From assembly GCA_038874595.1 (NCBI GenBank), contig JAVZCB010000006.1:13818-77817 (forward strand): a DNA stretch of 64,000 nt, read 5' to 3'. The notes under the pieces are model-generated. The model searched no databases. It saw only the letters and a list, made by a program, of their open reading frames with translations, and was not told where the DNA came from. The first letter of the stretch is position 1. Each line of letters starts with the position of its first letter. The DNA is from Candidatus Micrarchaeia archaeon (GTDB lineage Archaea > Micrarchaeota > Micrarchaeia > CAILAH01). Positions 18,309 to 29,338 of the stretch are shown here, piece after piece. Position numbers and translations under genes: made by a program.

Positions 18309-21173
18309 TTAATCCCTGACAACTTGGATGCCTATCACTACTTTATCACTGTATAGTGTTATCTCCTTGGCCTCGCCCTCAACCTCGCCGAATAAAATCT
18401 CATCTGCCTGAACAGCCTCCGCGATCTCTTTCATATGCTCTTTAATGCTCCTCACGACCTCCTCGTTTTGTGTCTTAACCGTTAGTATAATCCTGTCATC
18501 TATCGTAAAGTTAAGCTCTTTCCTGAAATTGTTAATCTTTCTGATAGCATCACGTGCAATACCCTCCCTCACAAGCTCGGGTGTAAGTGTTGTATCAAGC
18601 GTTACTGATATCTCCTGCCCTTCAGCAGTCTCAATTTTCTTTGAGTTTACTTCTGCGCGTATTATCTCGAGGAACTCATCACCGAGCCTTGGCGATGTGA
18701 TTTTTATCAAAGGTATAACCTGGCGTATCGGGATTTGTGCCTTCTCACGCATCTCAAGCGCTTTGCTCACTATTTGGCGTGTCAGCTCCATTTTAGTAAG
18801 CAGCTCTTTATCTATCTTATCCTCGGCGAGAACTGGCCACAGCTCAAGATGCACAGATTCCTGCAAAGCATTGTTTGCCTCCCTTAACGACTGGTGCACA
18901 TACTCTGTTATGAACGGCGCAACAGGCGCCATGATACGCGATAGGTTATGCAGCACATATGCGAGTGTCCTTATCGCTTCTGCTGAAACCTTCTCATCCG
19001 CGCTCTTGAACCTCTCCCTGCTTCTTCTGACATACCACGTTGACAGGTCTTCTATAAACAATCCCAGCTCTTTTGTATAAGTTACGGTGTCATACCTATC
19101 AAGCGCTTCAGTTGCATTCTTTCCAAGCACATGCAACCGTGCAATTATCCACCTGTCCATAATGTTTTGTGATGATGCATCATCCAGCACAGCATTCTTC
19201 TTTGAGAACAGGTTATAGAAATTGAGCACATTGGTGAGCAGCAGGACGTTCTTTCTGTACACTTCCGCAAGCGCCTCCTCCTTGAAGTTAAGGTCCTGTG
19301 CCTGCATCGTGACTGAGGACATCAGGTAAAGCCGCAGCGCATCCGCACCGTACTTGTCAAATATTAGGTTCGGGTCAGGGAAATTCTTCTTTGATTTTGA
19401 CATTTTGGAGCCGTCCTCTGCAAGTATGTTCCCTGTAACTACGACGTTCTTGAACGGTGGCTTATCCATTAACAGGACACCTATCACGTGCATGTAATAG
19501 AACCACGCACGTACCTGCCCAACATATTCAGAGACAAAATCACACGGGAAATTCTTCTCCATCCAGTCCTTGTTTTCAAATGGGTAATGCTTTGCAGCAT
19601 ACGGCATTGCGGCAGACTCAACCCAACAGTCTATAACTTCAGGTATCCTGGACATCCTGTTCCCGCATTTATCACATTTAAGGTGTATATTATCAACAAC
19701 GTGCTTGTGCAGGTCAACATCATCTGCCACGTTTTCTATTGCATTCTGCTGCAGCTCTTTTACGCTGCCTATCACCTTTATTGAATTACAGGCCTTATTA
19801 TCGCATTTCCATACAGGTATTGCAGTTGCCCAGAACCTATTCCGTGATATGCTCCAATCCGGTGCAGTCTCAAGTATATTCCTGAACCGCCCTTCCTTGA
19901 TATGCTCCGGGTACCAATTAATATCCTTATTCTTCTCTATAAGCCGCGCTTTTATTTTTTGTATATCTATGAACCACGAGTTGATTGCATCGTAAAACAG
20001 CGGCGTTTCGCACCTGTAGCAGAATGGGTACGAGTGGGTATGGTCATGGACACTAAAAAGCAAACCGCGATTATCCAAATCTTCTATAACCTCATGGTCA
20101 AGGTCCTTGAACCATTTACCGAGCCACTGCTCAGGCCCGCTTATTAACTTGCCATCTCTCCCGATATGCTGCACACGCGGCAGGTCATACTTCTTAATCA
20201 TCCTATAGTCGAAATCACCGTACAGTGCCATGTGCACGATACCCGTACCTTCAAGTGCCGAGACCTCATCACCACCATCAATAACATAAAACGCTTTCTT
20301 GCCCTGCTCATCTATCTTGTATAACGGCTCGTACTCTTTTCCAACAAGCTTTTCACCGTCAACTTCCTCAATAACTGTAACGTTTCCTTCAATGACCTTC
20401 TCAAGAAGTTCTTTTGCGAGTATATAATTCTCCCGCCCGGCGTTTACCTTTACATATTTGAGTTTTGGATTTATTGCAAGCGCAACGTTGCCGATGAGCG
20501 TCCACGGGGTTGTTGTCCATGCAAGTATATACGTGTTCTCCTTACCTTTAAGCCTGAACTTTACAGTGATTGTCCTTTCAGTTATATCCTTATAGCTGTT
20601 ATCCATTGCGATTTCTGCATTCGATAATGGGGTTTCACAGCGCGGGCAGTAAAGCAAGATTTTCTTATCCTCATAAATATAACCACGCTCATACAGGTAC
20701 TTGAATATGTACCACACAGTCTCCATATAATCTCGGTCCATTGTCTTGTACGCATTCTCAAACTCAATCCACTTGCCCATTCTCCTTACAGTCTTGCCCC
20801 ACTCATTTGCAAAGAAAAGCACTTTCGAGCGGCAGAACTCATTGAACTTGTCTACACCCATTACTTCAATCTCTTTCTTCTTCTTTATGCCGAGTTCTTT
20901 CTCTGCGATGTTCTCTATGGGTAGGCCGTGGCAGTCCCACCCCCACCTGCGCTCGCACCTGTACCCTTTCATTGTCCAGTACCTCGGGAATAGGTCTTTG
21001 CTTGTCAGCCCGAGGATATGCCCGTAATGCGGCAGCCCGGTTGCAAACGGCGGCCCATCGTAGAATACATACTGCTTATCCGCAGGCCTCTGTTGCACAG
21101 ATTTTTCAAATATCTTGTTTTCCTCCCAAAAATCGGCCATCTTCAGCTCTATTTCCTGAGTATCCATCTTCAT
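18309..21173 (-). CDS. ileS: Isoleucyl-tRNA synthetase
   Basis: DGPPFATGLPHYGH, WTTTPWTL, DWSISRNRFW, KMSKS. Confidence 0.97.
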   Translation of the reverse strand: MKMDTQEIELKMADFWEENKIFEKSVQQRPADKQYVFYDGPPFATGLPHYGHILGLTSKDLFPRYWTMKGYRCERRWGWDCHGLPIENIAEKELGIKKKKEIEVMGVDKFNEFCRSKVLFFANEWGKTVRRMGKWIEFENAYKTMDRDYMETVWYIFKYLYERGYIYEDKKILLYCPRCETPLSNAEIAMDNSYKDITERTITVKFRLKGKENTYILAWTTTPWTLIGNVALAINPKLKYVKVNAGRENYILAKELLEKVIEGNVTVIEEVDGEKLVGKEYEPLYKIDEQGKKAFYVIDGGDEVSALEGTGIVHMALYGDFDYRMIKKYDLPRVQHIGRDGKLISGPEQWLGKWFKDLDHEVIEDLDNRGLLFSVHDHTHSYPFCYRCETPLFYDAINSWFIDIQKIKARLIEKNKDINWYPEHIKEGRFRNILETAPDWSISRNRFWATAIPVWKCDNKACNSIKVIGSVKELQQNAIENVADDVDLHKHVVDNIHLKCDKCGNRMSRIPEVIDCWVESAAMPYAAKHYPFENKDWMEKNFPCDFVSEYVGQVRAWFYYMHVIGVLLMDKPPFKNVVVTGNILAEDGSKMSKSKKNFPDPNLIFDKYGADALRLYLMSSVTMQAQDLNFKEEALAEVYRKNVLLLTNVLNFYNLFSKKNAVLDDASSQNIMDRWIIARLHVLGKNATEALDRYDTVTYTKELGLFIEDLSTWYVRRSRERFKSADEKVSAEAIRTLAYVLHNLSRIMAPVAPFITEYVHQSLREANNALQESVHLELWPVLAEDKIDKELLTKMELTRQIVSKALEMREKAQIPIRQVIPLIKITSPRLGDEFLEIIRAEVNSKKIETAEGQEISVTLDTTLTPELVREGIARDAIRKINNFRKELNFTIDDRIILTVKTQNEEVVRSIKEHMKEIAEAVQADEILFGEVEGEAKEITLYSDKVVIGIQVVRD

Positions 21174-21249
21174 CCCTTTTTTTTGTGATTTGAGTGCATA
21201 TTTAAAGCAAAGAGTGTTTTTATTTCTTTATTAGTTTTGAAAAAAAGGA

Positions 21250-21483
21250 TGCGGCTGCCGGGATTTTCACACAGCTTTCTTTTGGATATGCCTAAGAAAG
21301 CTGGCAAAGAAGACTCAATTGTTTCTTTTTGCCAACTTTAATCATCCAAGGAAATGGCTGTTTTGAACCCGGATCCTAGGCTTTTTCTGCTGCCAGGTTT
21401 TCTTTGGATATTCGCGCTGTGCGCGAAACCGAAAGAAAAACTGTTGGGAAGCCCATGTCCTAACCAGGTTAGACTACAGCCGC
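21250..21483 (-). tRNA. tRNA-Gly(CCC) with two introns: 62 nt at 37/38 (21383-21444) and 98 nt at 59/60 (21264-21361)
   Basis: GCGGCTG/CAGCCGC-A acceptor, TGGGC-TTCCCA/A-GCCTA anticodon arm, CCGGG-TTCAAA/T-CCCGG T arm; BHB-like TTCA:TGAA helix at the T-loop intron; 74 nt after splicing. Confidence 0.88.
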
Positions 21484-21549
21484 ACCTGTGGTTGTTTTTA
21501 AGGAAAATAAAATTAAAAACCTGTATGCAACCCGATAAAAAAGAAGGAA

Positions 21550-21855
21550 TTAGACGAGGCTAATTTCAATATGTACGGTATCAGGCACGCGTACACGCAT
21601 TATTTGCTTGAGCACGCGCTCATCGCCCTCAACGAGGAGCATCCTCTTATGGATACGCATCTCCCACTTCTCGTAAGTGTCTGAGCCGTCACCACAAGGT
21701 GTCCTTCTTGTAGGGAGGATAAGCCTCTTGCGTGGCAATGGTATCGGGCCGCGGATAGGGATACCGCCCATCTTTGCGATATCCACAATCTGCTTTGCAA
21801 CACCATCAACTTCCTCGTATGACTTTCCGACGAGTTTTATGCGTGCAGATACCAT
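21550..21855 (-). CDS. rps10: 30S ribosomal protein S10 (uS10)
   Basis: RGPIPLP, RRTPCGDGSDTYEKWEMRIHKR. Confidence 0.97.
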   Translation of the reverse strand: MVSARIKLVGKSYEEVDGVAKQIVDIAKMGGIPIRGPIPLPRKRLILPTRRTPCGDGSDTYEKWEMRIHKRMLLVEGDERVLKQIMRVRVPDTVHIEISLV

Positions 21856-21867
21856 TCAAACCACTGC

Positions 21868-23139
21868 TTACTGCGTTTTTGCCTCAGTCACTTCCAGCAC
21901 GACACCTGCAGCAACCGTTGAGCCCATATCACGGATTGCAAACCTGCCAAGTGCCGGGAAGTCAGAATACTTCTCAATCACAACCGGCTTGAGCGGCTTA
22001 ATCTTAACCACTGCAATATCACCGGTCTTGAGGAAGTCTGGCTTACCAGCTGACTGGCCAGTCTTCGGGTCCTTTTTCTCTATGAGCTCTACAAACTGCC
22101 CTGCAAACTGTGACGTGTGTATGTGGAACACGGGTGTATACCCAACAGAAATCGCGGTTGGGTGCTGGAGAACGACCACCTGTGCCTTGAACTCAGCCGC
22201 AACCTTAGGTGGCGAGTTCGGGTCACCGATAACGTCACCTCTCTTCATATCCTTCTTTTCAATACCCTTTATGTTAAACCCGATATTGTCACCCGGGACT
22301 GCCTGTGCAATTTCCTGGTGATGCATCTCAATCCTCTTAACCTCACCTTTTGCACCTGATGGCATCACAACCACGGTCTGGCCAGGCTTAAGTGTACCTG
22401 ACTCAACACGACCTACCGGCACGGTACCGTGGCCGGTGATTGAGAACACGTCCTGTACGGGAATCCTCAACGGCTTATCCATTGGCTTAGGAGGTACCTT
22501 GAACGAGTCGAGCGCCTCAACAATCGTTGGGCCAGTGTACCACGGAGTCTCACTACCTTTCTTTACAATGTTGACACCGTTATAAGCGGATATCGGGATA
22601 AACGGTATTTCCTCTATCTTATAGCCGATACCCTTAAGCATCGCAACTACCTGTGTTTTTACATCTTCGAACTTAACACGGTCATAGTTTACAGCATCCA
22701 TCTTGTTCATTGCAACTATGAACTGCTGTATACCAAGCACCTTTGCAAGGAATGCGTGCTCTTTTGTCTGTGGCTGTATACCATCTTTAACTGAAACAAC
22801 TAGCACAGCCGCATCTGCCTGCGACGCACCAGTAATCATGTTCTTAACGAAGTCCCTGTGCCCAGGGGCATCAATAATCGTGAAGTGGTACTTCTGCGTC
22901 TTAAACTCCTTATGGGAGATATCGATGGTAACACCACGCTCACGCTCTTCTTTTTGCTCGTCCATCACGAACGCAAATTCAAACGTTGGCTTACCAACCC
23001 TTTCTGCCTCTTCTCTGAGCTTCTTAAGTTCCTGCTCAGGGATTGCCCCAGTATCGAACAGAAGCCTTCCGACAGTCGTCGATTTACCTGCATCGACGTG
23101 GCCGATGAAGACTATGTTCATGTGCTCAAGCTTTGCCAT
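21868..23139 (-). CDS. tuf: Elongation factor 1-alpha
   Basis: [31 protein letters not shown]. Confidence 0.98.
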   Translation of the reverse strand: MAKLEHMNIVFIGHVDAGKSTTVGRLLFDTGAIPEQELKKLREEAERVGKPTFEFAFVMDEQKEERERGVTIDISHKEFKTQKYHFTIIDAPGHRDFVKNMITGASQADAAVLVVSVKDGIQPQTKEHAFLAKVLGIQQFIVAMNKMDAVNYDRVKFEDVKTQVVAMLKGIGYKIEEIPFIPISAYNGVNIVKKGSETPWYTGPTIVEALDSFKVPPKPMDKPLRIPVQDVFSITGHGTVPVGRVESGTLKPGQTVVVMPSGAKGEVKRIEMHHQEIAQAVPGDNIGFNIKGIEKKDMKRGDVIGDPNSPPKVAAEFKAQVVVLQHPTAISVGYTPVFHIHTSQFAGQFVELIEKKDPKTGQSAGKPDFLKTGDIAVVKIKPLKPVVIEKYSDFPALGRFAIRDMGSTVAAGVVLEVTEAKTQ

Positions 23140-23220
23140 TCATTTTCACCTCTAAGCTAAAGTGCTATATTAAAATACGTTAATTTTAAAATCCTTTTGA
23201 CTCACACGCATGAGCAAATC

Positions 23221-23754
23221 TCACAGTTCCTTTGCAATATCAACCCAAGGTGCGAGCAGTCTGTTTCTGGTATCCTTTTCGGTGATTATAACCTCCGCAT
23301 CCGCAATCGTCTCCTCTATCGGCTTATCGGTAAGTATCTCATATATCTCCGTGCCCTTTTCCTTGTATTTCCTTATCGCACGCTCGGTACAGTAATCCAA
23401 GAGCTCAGAATAGATATTGGCCTTTACCTTCTCATCCTCATACCCTCTCTCCTTAAGGCGTTTTTCAAGGGATTTTATGGGTGTCCTTAATATGATAAGC
23501 TTGTCAAGCTCCAGGCCGAACTCACATACAAGGTGCCCCTCAACAATGCAATCCTCTGGCAACGCTTCCAGCTCTCGCTTCAGTGCGGCCATATTAACTA
23601 TGAGTGCATCGTCGTTTGGGTCTATTTTCGTCCAGAGCTTCTTTTCCTTGACAAGTGCATTAACATCTATAAGAGTGAGCTTATACTTCTCTGCAAGATG
23701 TTTTGCAAGTGTAGTCTTACCTACCCCTGGAACCCCAGTAATCCCAATTCTCAT
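23221..23754 (-). CDS. Adenylate kinase 6 (Fap7/AK6-type)
   Basis: ITGVPGVGKTT, VEGH, RLKERGY. Confidence 0.88.
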   Translation of the reverse strand: MRIGITGVPGVGKTTLAKHLAEKYKLTLIDVNALVKEKKLWTKIDPNDDALIVNMAALKRELEALPEDCIVEGHLVCEFGLELDKLIILRTPIKSLEKRLKERGYEDEKVKANIYSELLDYCTERAIRKYKEKGTEIYEILTDKPIEETIADAEVIITEKDTRNRLLAPWVDIAKEL

Positions 23755-23943
23755 ATGGTTAGCATTTGAGAATGAGTTGTTATAAACCTTTTTATCTGCC
23801 ATCTGAAAATAGAGCAACAAAACCATTAATTATATCACACGTCCTACAAAAGGAGGTAGATTTACAGCATAGGATAGGTATTCTACTCTAGGAGACGGCA
23901 TCGTGCCCGTCTACATAACCACAGCACATATACATCTTATTAT

Positions 23944-24471
23944 TTATTGCGTAGGATTCCTACCCGCCCTATCTGTGATATGCCCAGCTACTCTATACCC
24001 CAAATCAAATGCTACTATATACAGAAGATATGACACATCCAGCACAGCAAACGCAAGCGCCGTGATTGGCGTTACGAGCCTGGCCTGGAGTATGGCCTTT
24101 CGGTTCCCAACGGCCTTATTGCTCAAATCGTGCAGCTTCTCATCAGCAAACGCGGCAATCACAAATGCAAACAGGATAGCAGGATTAACTGTTGCGCCAA
24201 GCATACCAGCATACACTGCAAACGCGAGTATTACCATTACGCCGATGTAATGCTCAATTTTATCTATTTTCAGTGCAAGCGTGTTGCCTAAGACAACACC
24301 TCCAATAAGTGGTAGGAGCGTGTTATTCAGAAGACTGCTTATCCCTATCGCACATCCATATATCACACCCAGTGGTGCAGATATGAGTATGCTTTTCCTT
24401 TTTCTCTCGGAATAGCTGTCAGCAACCTTTGTAAGAAACCCTGCTATGAGCGCAAACACAACATATATCAT
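23944..24471 (-). CDS. Multi-pass membrane protein
   Basis: Several TM segments; KVAD, KIDKIEH and DEKLHD polar motifs. Confidence 0.75.
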   Translation of the reverse strand: MIYVVFALIAGFLTKVADSYSERKRKSILISAPLGVIYGCAIGISSLLNNTLLPLIGGVVLGNTLALKIDKIEHYIGVMVILAFAVYAGMLGATVNPAILFAFVIAAFADEKLHDLSNKAVGNRKAILQARLVTPITALAFAVLDVSYLLYIVAFDLGYRVAGHITDRAGRNPTQ

Positions 24472-24495
24472 ACAATCACTCAGCTTTGCCTGCCG

Positions 24496-25293
24496 CTAAT
24501 ACCCTTCAAGGTATATGATTGATTTCATTATGAACTTTGCCACGGTGATATCACAGAAGTGGAACCCATCCTGTGGCCTCAGCTCAACGAAATCCAAACC
24601 TATAACATTCTTTTCCCTGCATACTGCTTCAATAATCCTGGTCGCATCCACCCAGCCAATCCCACCTGGCTCAGGCGTTCCGGTTGCAGGCATCACCGAT
24701 GGGTCAAGCACATCAACATCAAATGTTATGTAAACATCATCACCGAGGTCATGAAGTATCGCGTCTATATTCTTATAATTTGCAAGCACGTTATTGAATT
24801 TCCTGGCGTTCTCAAGCTCCTCTTCACACCCGCTCCTTGTACCTACATGCACCACCGAATGCGCCTTGCTTGCCTCATATAGCGCGCACGCGTGCGAATT
24901 CCTGTTCCCCACGTATTCCTCCCTCATATCAAGATGCGCATCCAAATGCAGGATTGAAACATCTTCTGGGAGTGCGGTCAATATAGGTATTGAGATGCTA
25001 TGGTCGCCGCCGATGCATATAGGTATCTTGCCAAGCTGCATTGCCTTTTCGGTTGTGGCGCGTATCCTTTCATACTCAATCGGCTCGATGGTTGCAAACC
25101 GCGCATCAGACACGTTCACACCAGTTTCGAAATCATAGTGCTCAAGCTCCTCAGAAGCCCTAAAAACCGCCTCGGGTGCACCCGCAGCACCACGCAGCCA
25201 GGAAACGTTTGAATCGTGTGGTACGGGCACAATGACATAATCTGCGGATTCGTATGATGCCGAATCTGTACCCATAAATTTCCTAAACACCAT
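24496..25293 (-). CDS. speB: Agmatinase
   Basis: GGDHS, HLDAHLD, SHAC, DVDVLDPS, TGTPEPGG. Confidence 0.92.
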   Translation of the reverse strand: MVFRKFMGTDSASYESADYVIVPVPHDSNVSWLRGAAGAPEAVFRASEELEHYDFETGVNVSDARFATIEPIEYERIRATTEKAMQLGKIPICIGGDHSISIPILTALPEDVSILHLDAHLDMREEYVGNRNSHACALYEASKAHSVVHVGTRSGCEEELENARKFNNVLANYKNIDAILHDLGDDVYITFDVDVLDPSVMPATGTPEPGGIGWVDATRIIEAVCREKNVIGLDFVELRPQDGFHFCDITVAKFIMKSIIYLEGY

Positions 25294-25320
25294 ATATTTG
25301 TTTGCATCCCATTGTTTTAT

Positions 25321-25944
25321 ATGGGTTATGACATCCAATCACTCCGCGCCATACAGCAACGCCTTGCTGGCAGTGTTATTCTTGAAGACAGGTTCGGAGA
25401 AATACGGCTGATTGGTGGCATAGACATTGCATATAAAGGAGATAACGCAGCCTGTGCAATCGTTCTGTTTGACTATGAAGATATGAAGATGGCTGATTCA
25501 GCATATGTATGTGGTAAAGTGAAGTTCCCGTATATCCCAGGGCTGCTAAGTTTTCGTGAAGGGCCCATAATGAAAAAAGCATACGCACATCTTAACAAAA
25601 AGCCGGACCTGCTTCTAGTGAACGGCAATGGTATCCTGCACCCGCGTTTTATTGGGATAGCATCACACCTCGGTGTTGAGCTTGGCGCACCGACGATAGG
25701 TGTTACACAGCACCTGTTATGTGGGCAGGTCGGGGAGGACGGGAAGATATACATAGATGGCAGGCACGTGGGATACTCTTACACAAGTAAGAAAGGTTGT
25801 GCACCTATCTACATTTCTCCGGGGCACATGGTTTCTTTACAGGCCTCACTTGAAATCGTAAAGAGATGCATTCTGGGGCATAAGCTCCCCGAGCCATTAC
25901 ATCTTGCTGATAAATTATCAAAAAAATACGCTAAATTGTGTTGA
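25321..25944 (+). CDS. nfi: Endonuclease V
   Basis: GGIDIAY, FPYIPGLLSFRE, GNGILHPR, YISPGH, LPEPLHLAD. Confidence 0.93.
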   Translation: MGYDIQSLRAIQQRLAGSVILEDRFGEIRLIGGIDIAYKGDNAACAIVLFDYEDMKMADSAYVCGKVKFPYIPGLLSFREGPIMKKAYAHLNKKPDLLLVNGNGILHPRFIGIASHLGVELGAPTIGVTQHLLCGQVGEDGKIYIDGRHVGYSYTSKKGCAPIYISPGHMVSLQASLEIVKRCILGHKLPEPLHLADKLSKKYAKLC

Positions 25945-25988
25945 CCAGTTTACTAACTGTGTGTGCTTTTAAGAGCATTTTTATGCAA

Positions 25989-26639
25989 TCACTTTATGTT
26001 ATAATTCTGGAGCATTGCAAGTGACACAATGGCACATATGAATAACACTATCCCTGCAATACACCCCTTTTCAGCACCGCTTTTGGATATATCGTCAACA
26101 GATTCATTTTTTGGTAAGCTTGAATTTCCGTGGCTAATCGTGTTATCAGATATGGCTTTCTCATCACCAGCTTTATTTTGCTCTTGTGTGAGGTATGCAT
26201 AGACCTTTACGCTCACTGTAAGATTCCCTATGTTATCCACATAATTTGTGTAAGTGGAGCCTTTCGGCTCATAAATCCCAAGCGCCAGCCTGCCCCTATT
26301 TGTTGCATATCCTTCCCAGTGGCTGCCGATTGGAAACACATCACCATCACCAAACTTGCCTTGCAGCATCCCAGGCTTGAACGTCGTGAACACGTTTGAA
26401 AGCCCGTCCGGCCCGGTCTCGAACTGCGGCCGCGGGTCATACCTCCATTTTCCGGAGGCATCCACTACTACATACTGCCCGGGCTCAACATATACAGTTT
26501 CTGAGAATTGCACATTTGCAGGTATCTGGAACGTCCCGCTTTTCACAAGTGTCAAGTTGGCCGGTGGCGCGGCAAGCACCAGCGATGATATGAGAACTAA
26601 TACGAATAGTGCTTTTGTATAAGTGCTATGTGATCCCAT
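25989..26639 (-). CDS. Secreted LecA/PA-IL-like lectin-domain protein with C-terminal Cys-TM anchor
   Basis: Signal peptide; ASGKW..GPDG..GMLQGKFG..FPIG..GRLALG..YVDNIG pattern; ends CIAGIVLFICAIVSLAMLQNYNIK. Confidence 0.65.
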   Translation of the reverse strand: MGSHSTYTKALFVLVLISSLVLAAPPANLTLVKSGTFQIPANVQFSETVYVEPGQYVVVDASGKWRYDPRPQFETGPDGLSNVFTTFKPGMLQGKFGDGDVFPIGSHWEGYATNRGRLALGIYEPKGSTYTNYVDNIGNLTVSVKVYAYLTQEQNKAGDEKAISDNTISHGNSSLPKNESVDDISKSGAEKGCIAGIVLFICAIVSLAMLQNYNIK

Positions 26640-26697
26640 GGTAAATAATTACCGAAAGTGTATTTAAGCTTAACAGCTATAATCACTCGGTGATTTT

Positions 26698-27285
26698 ATG
26701 CCGGAATTAAAGACGATAGATAACCTTGCAAAGGCGTTTATTGGGGAAAGCATGGCCCGGAACAGGTATACGATGTATGCGAGCATTGCGCGAAAGGAGG
26801 GATACCTTCAGATAGCTGATATATTCTTGCTTACTGCTGAGAATGAGAAAGAGCACGCTGAATGGAACATGCATATGCTTAATGATTTGGTTGCAAAGAC
26901 GGGTGTACATAAGGAAATCAACGTTGATAGTGAAGTCCCACGCACCGCGATGACCACGTTGGAAAACCTGAAGGCTGCAATCGCAGGTGAAAATTACGAA
27001 TTCACAAAGATGTACCCTGAGTTTGCAGATGTTGCTGAGAAGGAAGGGTTCCCTGAGATTGCAAGCAGGCTGCGTGCCATTGCAAAGGCTGAGAGCCATC
27101 ACGAGGAGCGGTACAGGAAGCTCCTTGAGGTTGTTGAGAAGGGTGAGGTGTTCAAGAAGGGCACAAAAGTCCAGTGGGTGTGCTCAAAATGCGGCTATGT
27201 GCACGAGGGCAACACGCCGCCTGCACGGTGCCCATCCTGCGACCACGAGATGAACTACTTTACAGTGAAATGCGAGACGTATTAA
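26698..27285 (+). CDS. rbr: Rubrerythrin
   Basis: [41 protein letters not shown] rubredoxin domain. Confidence 0.95.
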   Translation: MPELKTIDNLAKAFIGESMARNRYTMYASIARKEGYLQIADIFLLTAENEKEHAEWNMHMLNDLVAKTGVHKEINVDSEVPRTAMTTLENLKAAIAGENYEFTKMYPEFADVAEKEGFPEIASRLRAIAKAESHHEERYRKLLEVVEKGEVFKKGTKVQWVCSKCGYVHEGNTPPARCPSCDHEMNYFTVKCETY

Positions 27286-28001
27286 CGAAGTGTAAAATAA
27301 ATCCTCTTATTTTCTTTTCCCTTGTTTTCGAGTTTTAGCACTATTAGCTCCCCAATCTCTTGTGTGTTTTTTACGTGTGTCCCGCCATCCGCTTGTATGT
27401 CAACATCAGGGATTTCAACAATACGCAGGACGGCGAGCGATGGCGGCAACGCATTGGCAAGCTTGACAATTCCCTCAATCTTAAGTGCATCATCGCGTGG
27501 GAGCGAATACACTTTAACCTCAATGCTCTTTTTGAATATCTCATTTGCTTTCCTTACGTATTCCTCCATTTTTTCCCTGTCAAACCCATCCATTGAGAAA
27601 TCAAACCTGCTCTTGTCAACATCCAGCTGGTTACCGGTAATCTGCGCACCGCCTTCCTTGTAGAATATGCTTGCTAGTATATGCGCAGCAGTGTGCATTC
27701 TCATAAGCGCGTACCTTCTCTGCCAGTCTAACACACACCTTACCAAATCACCAGGTAAAAAGCCAGGGGCATTAACTTCGTGCACAGCTTCCCCGTTCTC
27801 TTTTTTCACGGATACAACAACAAACTCCCTACCATCCTTTAACCGTATGATTTTTCCCTTATCGCTCGGCTGGCCGCCACCGCTCGGGTAGAATATAGTC
27901 TTATCAAGCACAATATGCCTGCCGTCACCAACTGATATTACAGAACTTTCGCACTCTTTCAGATAAGAATCATCCAGGTAGAGGAATTTCTGCCCGCCCA
28001 T
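27282..28001 (-). CDS. alaX: AlaX-M trans-editing protein
   Basis: [22 protein letters not shown]; GGTGAT RBS before ATG 28001. Confidence 0.9.
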   Translation of the reverse strand: MGGQKFLYLDDSYLKECESSVISVGDGRHIVLDKTIFYPSGGGQPSDKGKIIRLKDGREFVVVSVKKENGEAVHEVNAPGFLPGDLVRCVLDWQRRYALMRMHTAAHILASIFYKEGGAQITGNQLDVDKSRFDFSMDGFDREKMEEYVRKANEIFKKSIEVKVYSLPRDDALKIEGIVKLANALPPSLAVLRIVEIPDVDIQADGGTHVKNTQEIGELIVLKLENKGKENKRIYFTLR

Positions 28002-28017
28002 ATCACCACAAGAAACT

Positions 28018-29295
28018 TTAGTTAATTTTAAGTGTTTTAATCCCAAACCACCAGGCGTGCGGGTCCATCTTGGCAAGCGCACGTGCCCATTTCTGTGCAG
28101 TAGCAGTTTTCAGCTTTGTCTGTATGCGCTTGACCCATTCGCGTGCGTGCACGTATCCCTTGAACTCATACTCGCGTGCAGTCACAAGGTTTTCCAAAAG
28201 GTCTGCGTCCATACATATATCAGCAATCTCCTTCTTGCCGAAGCAATCAAGCGCTTCAAGAACTTTCTTTTTCTTCTTTTCATCTAAGCGCTCGGCCATA
28301 TCATTGGCAGCCACTCTCTCAGAATCCTTCTTGTTCTCCCAGTACTTTGATGTGATTTTATTTATGTCACCTATCCTACACTCGCCAAGCTCGTGCATCA
28401 CAACTGCACTTGTGCATTTGTGAGGGTCTTTCCCCTCTTCAATAGCTAGCAGGTATGCAATCACTGATGCCCTAAACACGTGCTCTGCAACAGTCTCCGG
28501 AGAATCAACTTGGATGTGCGCCCACCCGGAACGCTGCGTATATTTCAGAACCCCGGTTTCATAAATGAATTTCATTTGCTCAAACGGGCTCTTCTTCTCG
28601 CTGGTTTCTACTTTATCGATAACCTCAAGCAAATTATTACCATCAGCTATCCATAAGTCATTTTCTTTGGCATACCTTGCAAGATCTGGTTTTGGATTTA
28701 GCGCGATTGGGTATGCAACACTTTCAAGCAGAGGTATATCGTGGATTGTATCGCCAAGTGCAAATGATTTTGAAGTGTCAATCCCATTCTTTGTTATGAT
28801 ATCCGCTACGGCGCCAGCCTTGCCACTTTCAGGCTCGTGCAGTGCAGTGAGTATTTTTCCAGTGTATACTTCATTTATCACTTCCAGCTCGGTTGCAATA
28901 AAATCGTAAATCCCGATGTGCTCAAGCACAAGTTTTGATGGTATAGCAGGTGATACAGTGATTGCAAATATCCTATACCCCTTATCCCTGAAATGCTTTA
29001 CGAGCTGGAACGAGTATTCAGGAATGGTTTTTGAGAACGCAGAAAAAAACCTCCTTGCATACCTTATAAGCTCGCTTTCATTCTTCCCTCTGATGGCCGC
29101 ACCATACACAGCAACCCATTCGTGTGCAAAGTTTGGGTGGTCTATCAACCCGCTTTCGTATGCCTCAACTAGGTTTTCATGCTGGTTAAAAATTGATTCA
29201 TCAATAATCTGGTTTGCGCCAAGGTATCTCATCCACGCAATACCTATCGAATCGCATAAAGTCCCGTCAACATCAGTTATTAGAGCCTTGCACAT
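28018..29295 (-). CDS. HAD-IB phosphatase fused to an HD-domain (YfbR/YGK1-like) 5'-deoxynucleotidase
   Basis: N-terminal DVDGTL, GDTIHD, NP; C-terminal RSGW, ETVAEH, HELGE, GDI, DADLLE. Confidence 0.8.
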   Translation of the reverse strand: MCKALITDVDGTLCDSIGIAWMRYLGANQIIDESIFNQHENLVEAYESGLIDHPNFAHEWVAVYGAAIRGKNESELIRYARRFFSAFSKTIPEYSFQLVKHFRDKGYRIFAITVSPAIPSKLVLEHIGIYDFIATELEVINEVYTGKILTALHEPESGKAGAVADIITKNGIDTSKSFALGDTIHDIPLLESVAYPIALNPKPDLARYAKENDLWIADGNNLLEVIDKVETSEKKSPFEQMKFIYETGVLKYTQRSGWAHIQVDSPETVAEHVFRASVIAYLLAIEEGKDPHKCTSAVVMHELGECRIGDINKITSKYWENKKDSERVAANDMAERLDEKKKKKVLEALDCFGKKEIADICMDADLLENLVTAREYEFKGYVHAREWVKRIQTKLKTATAQKWARALAKMDPHAWWFGIKTLKIN

Positions 29296-29338
29296 ATAAC
29301 CACTAAAAAGAAAATTAGGTGTAAACTTTTAAAACTAG

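Noticed and set aside
21354-21563. 69-aa ORF
   Set aside because: It is antisense to the intron-containing tRNA-Gly.
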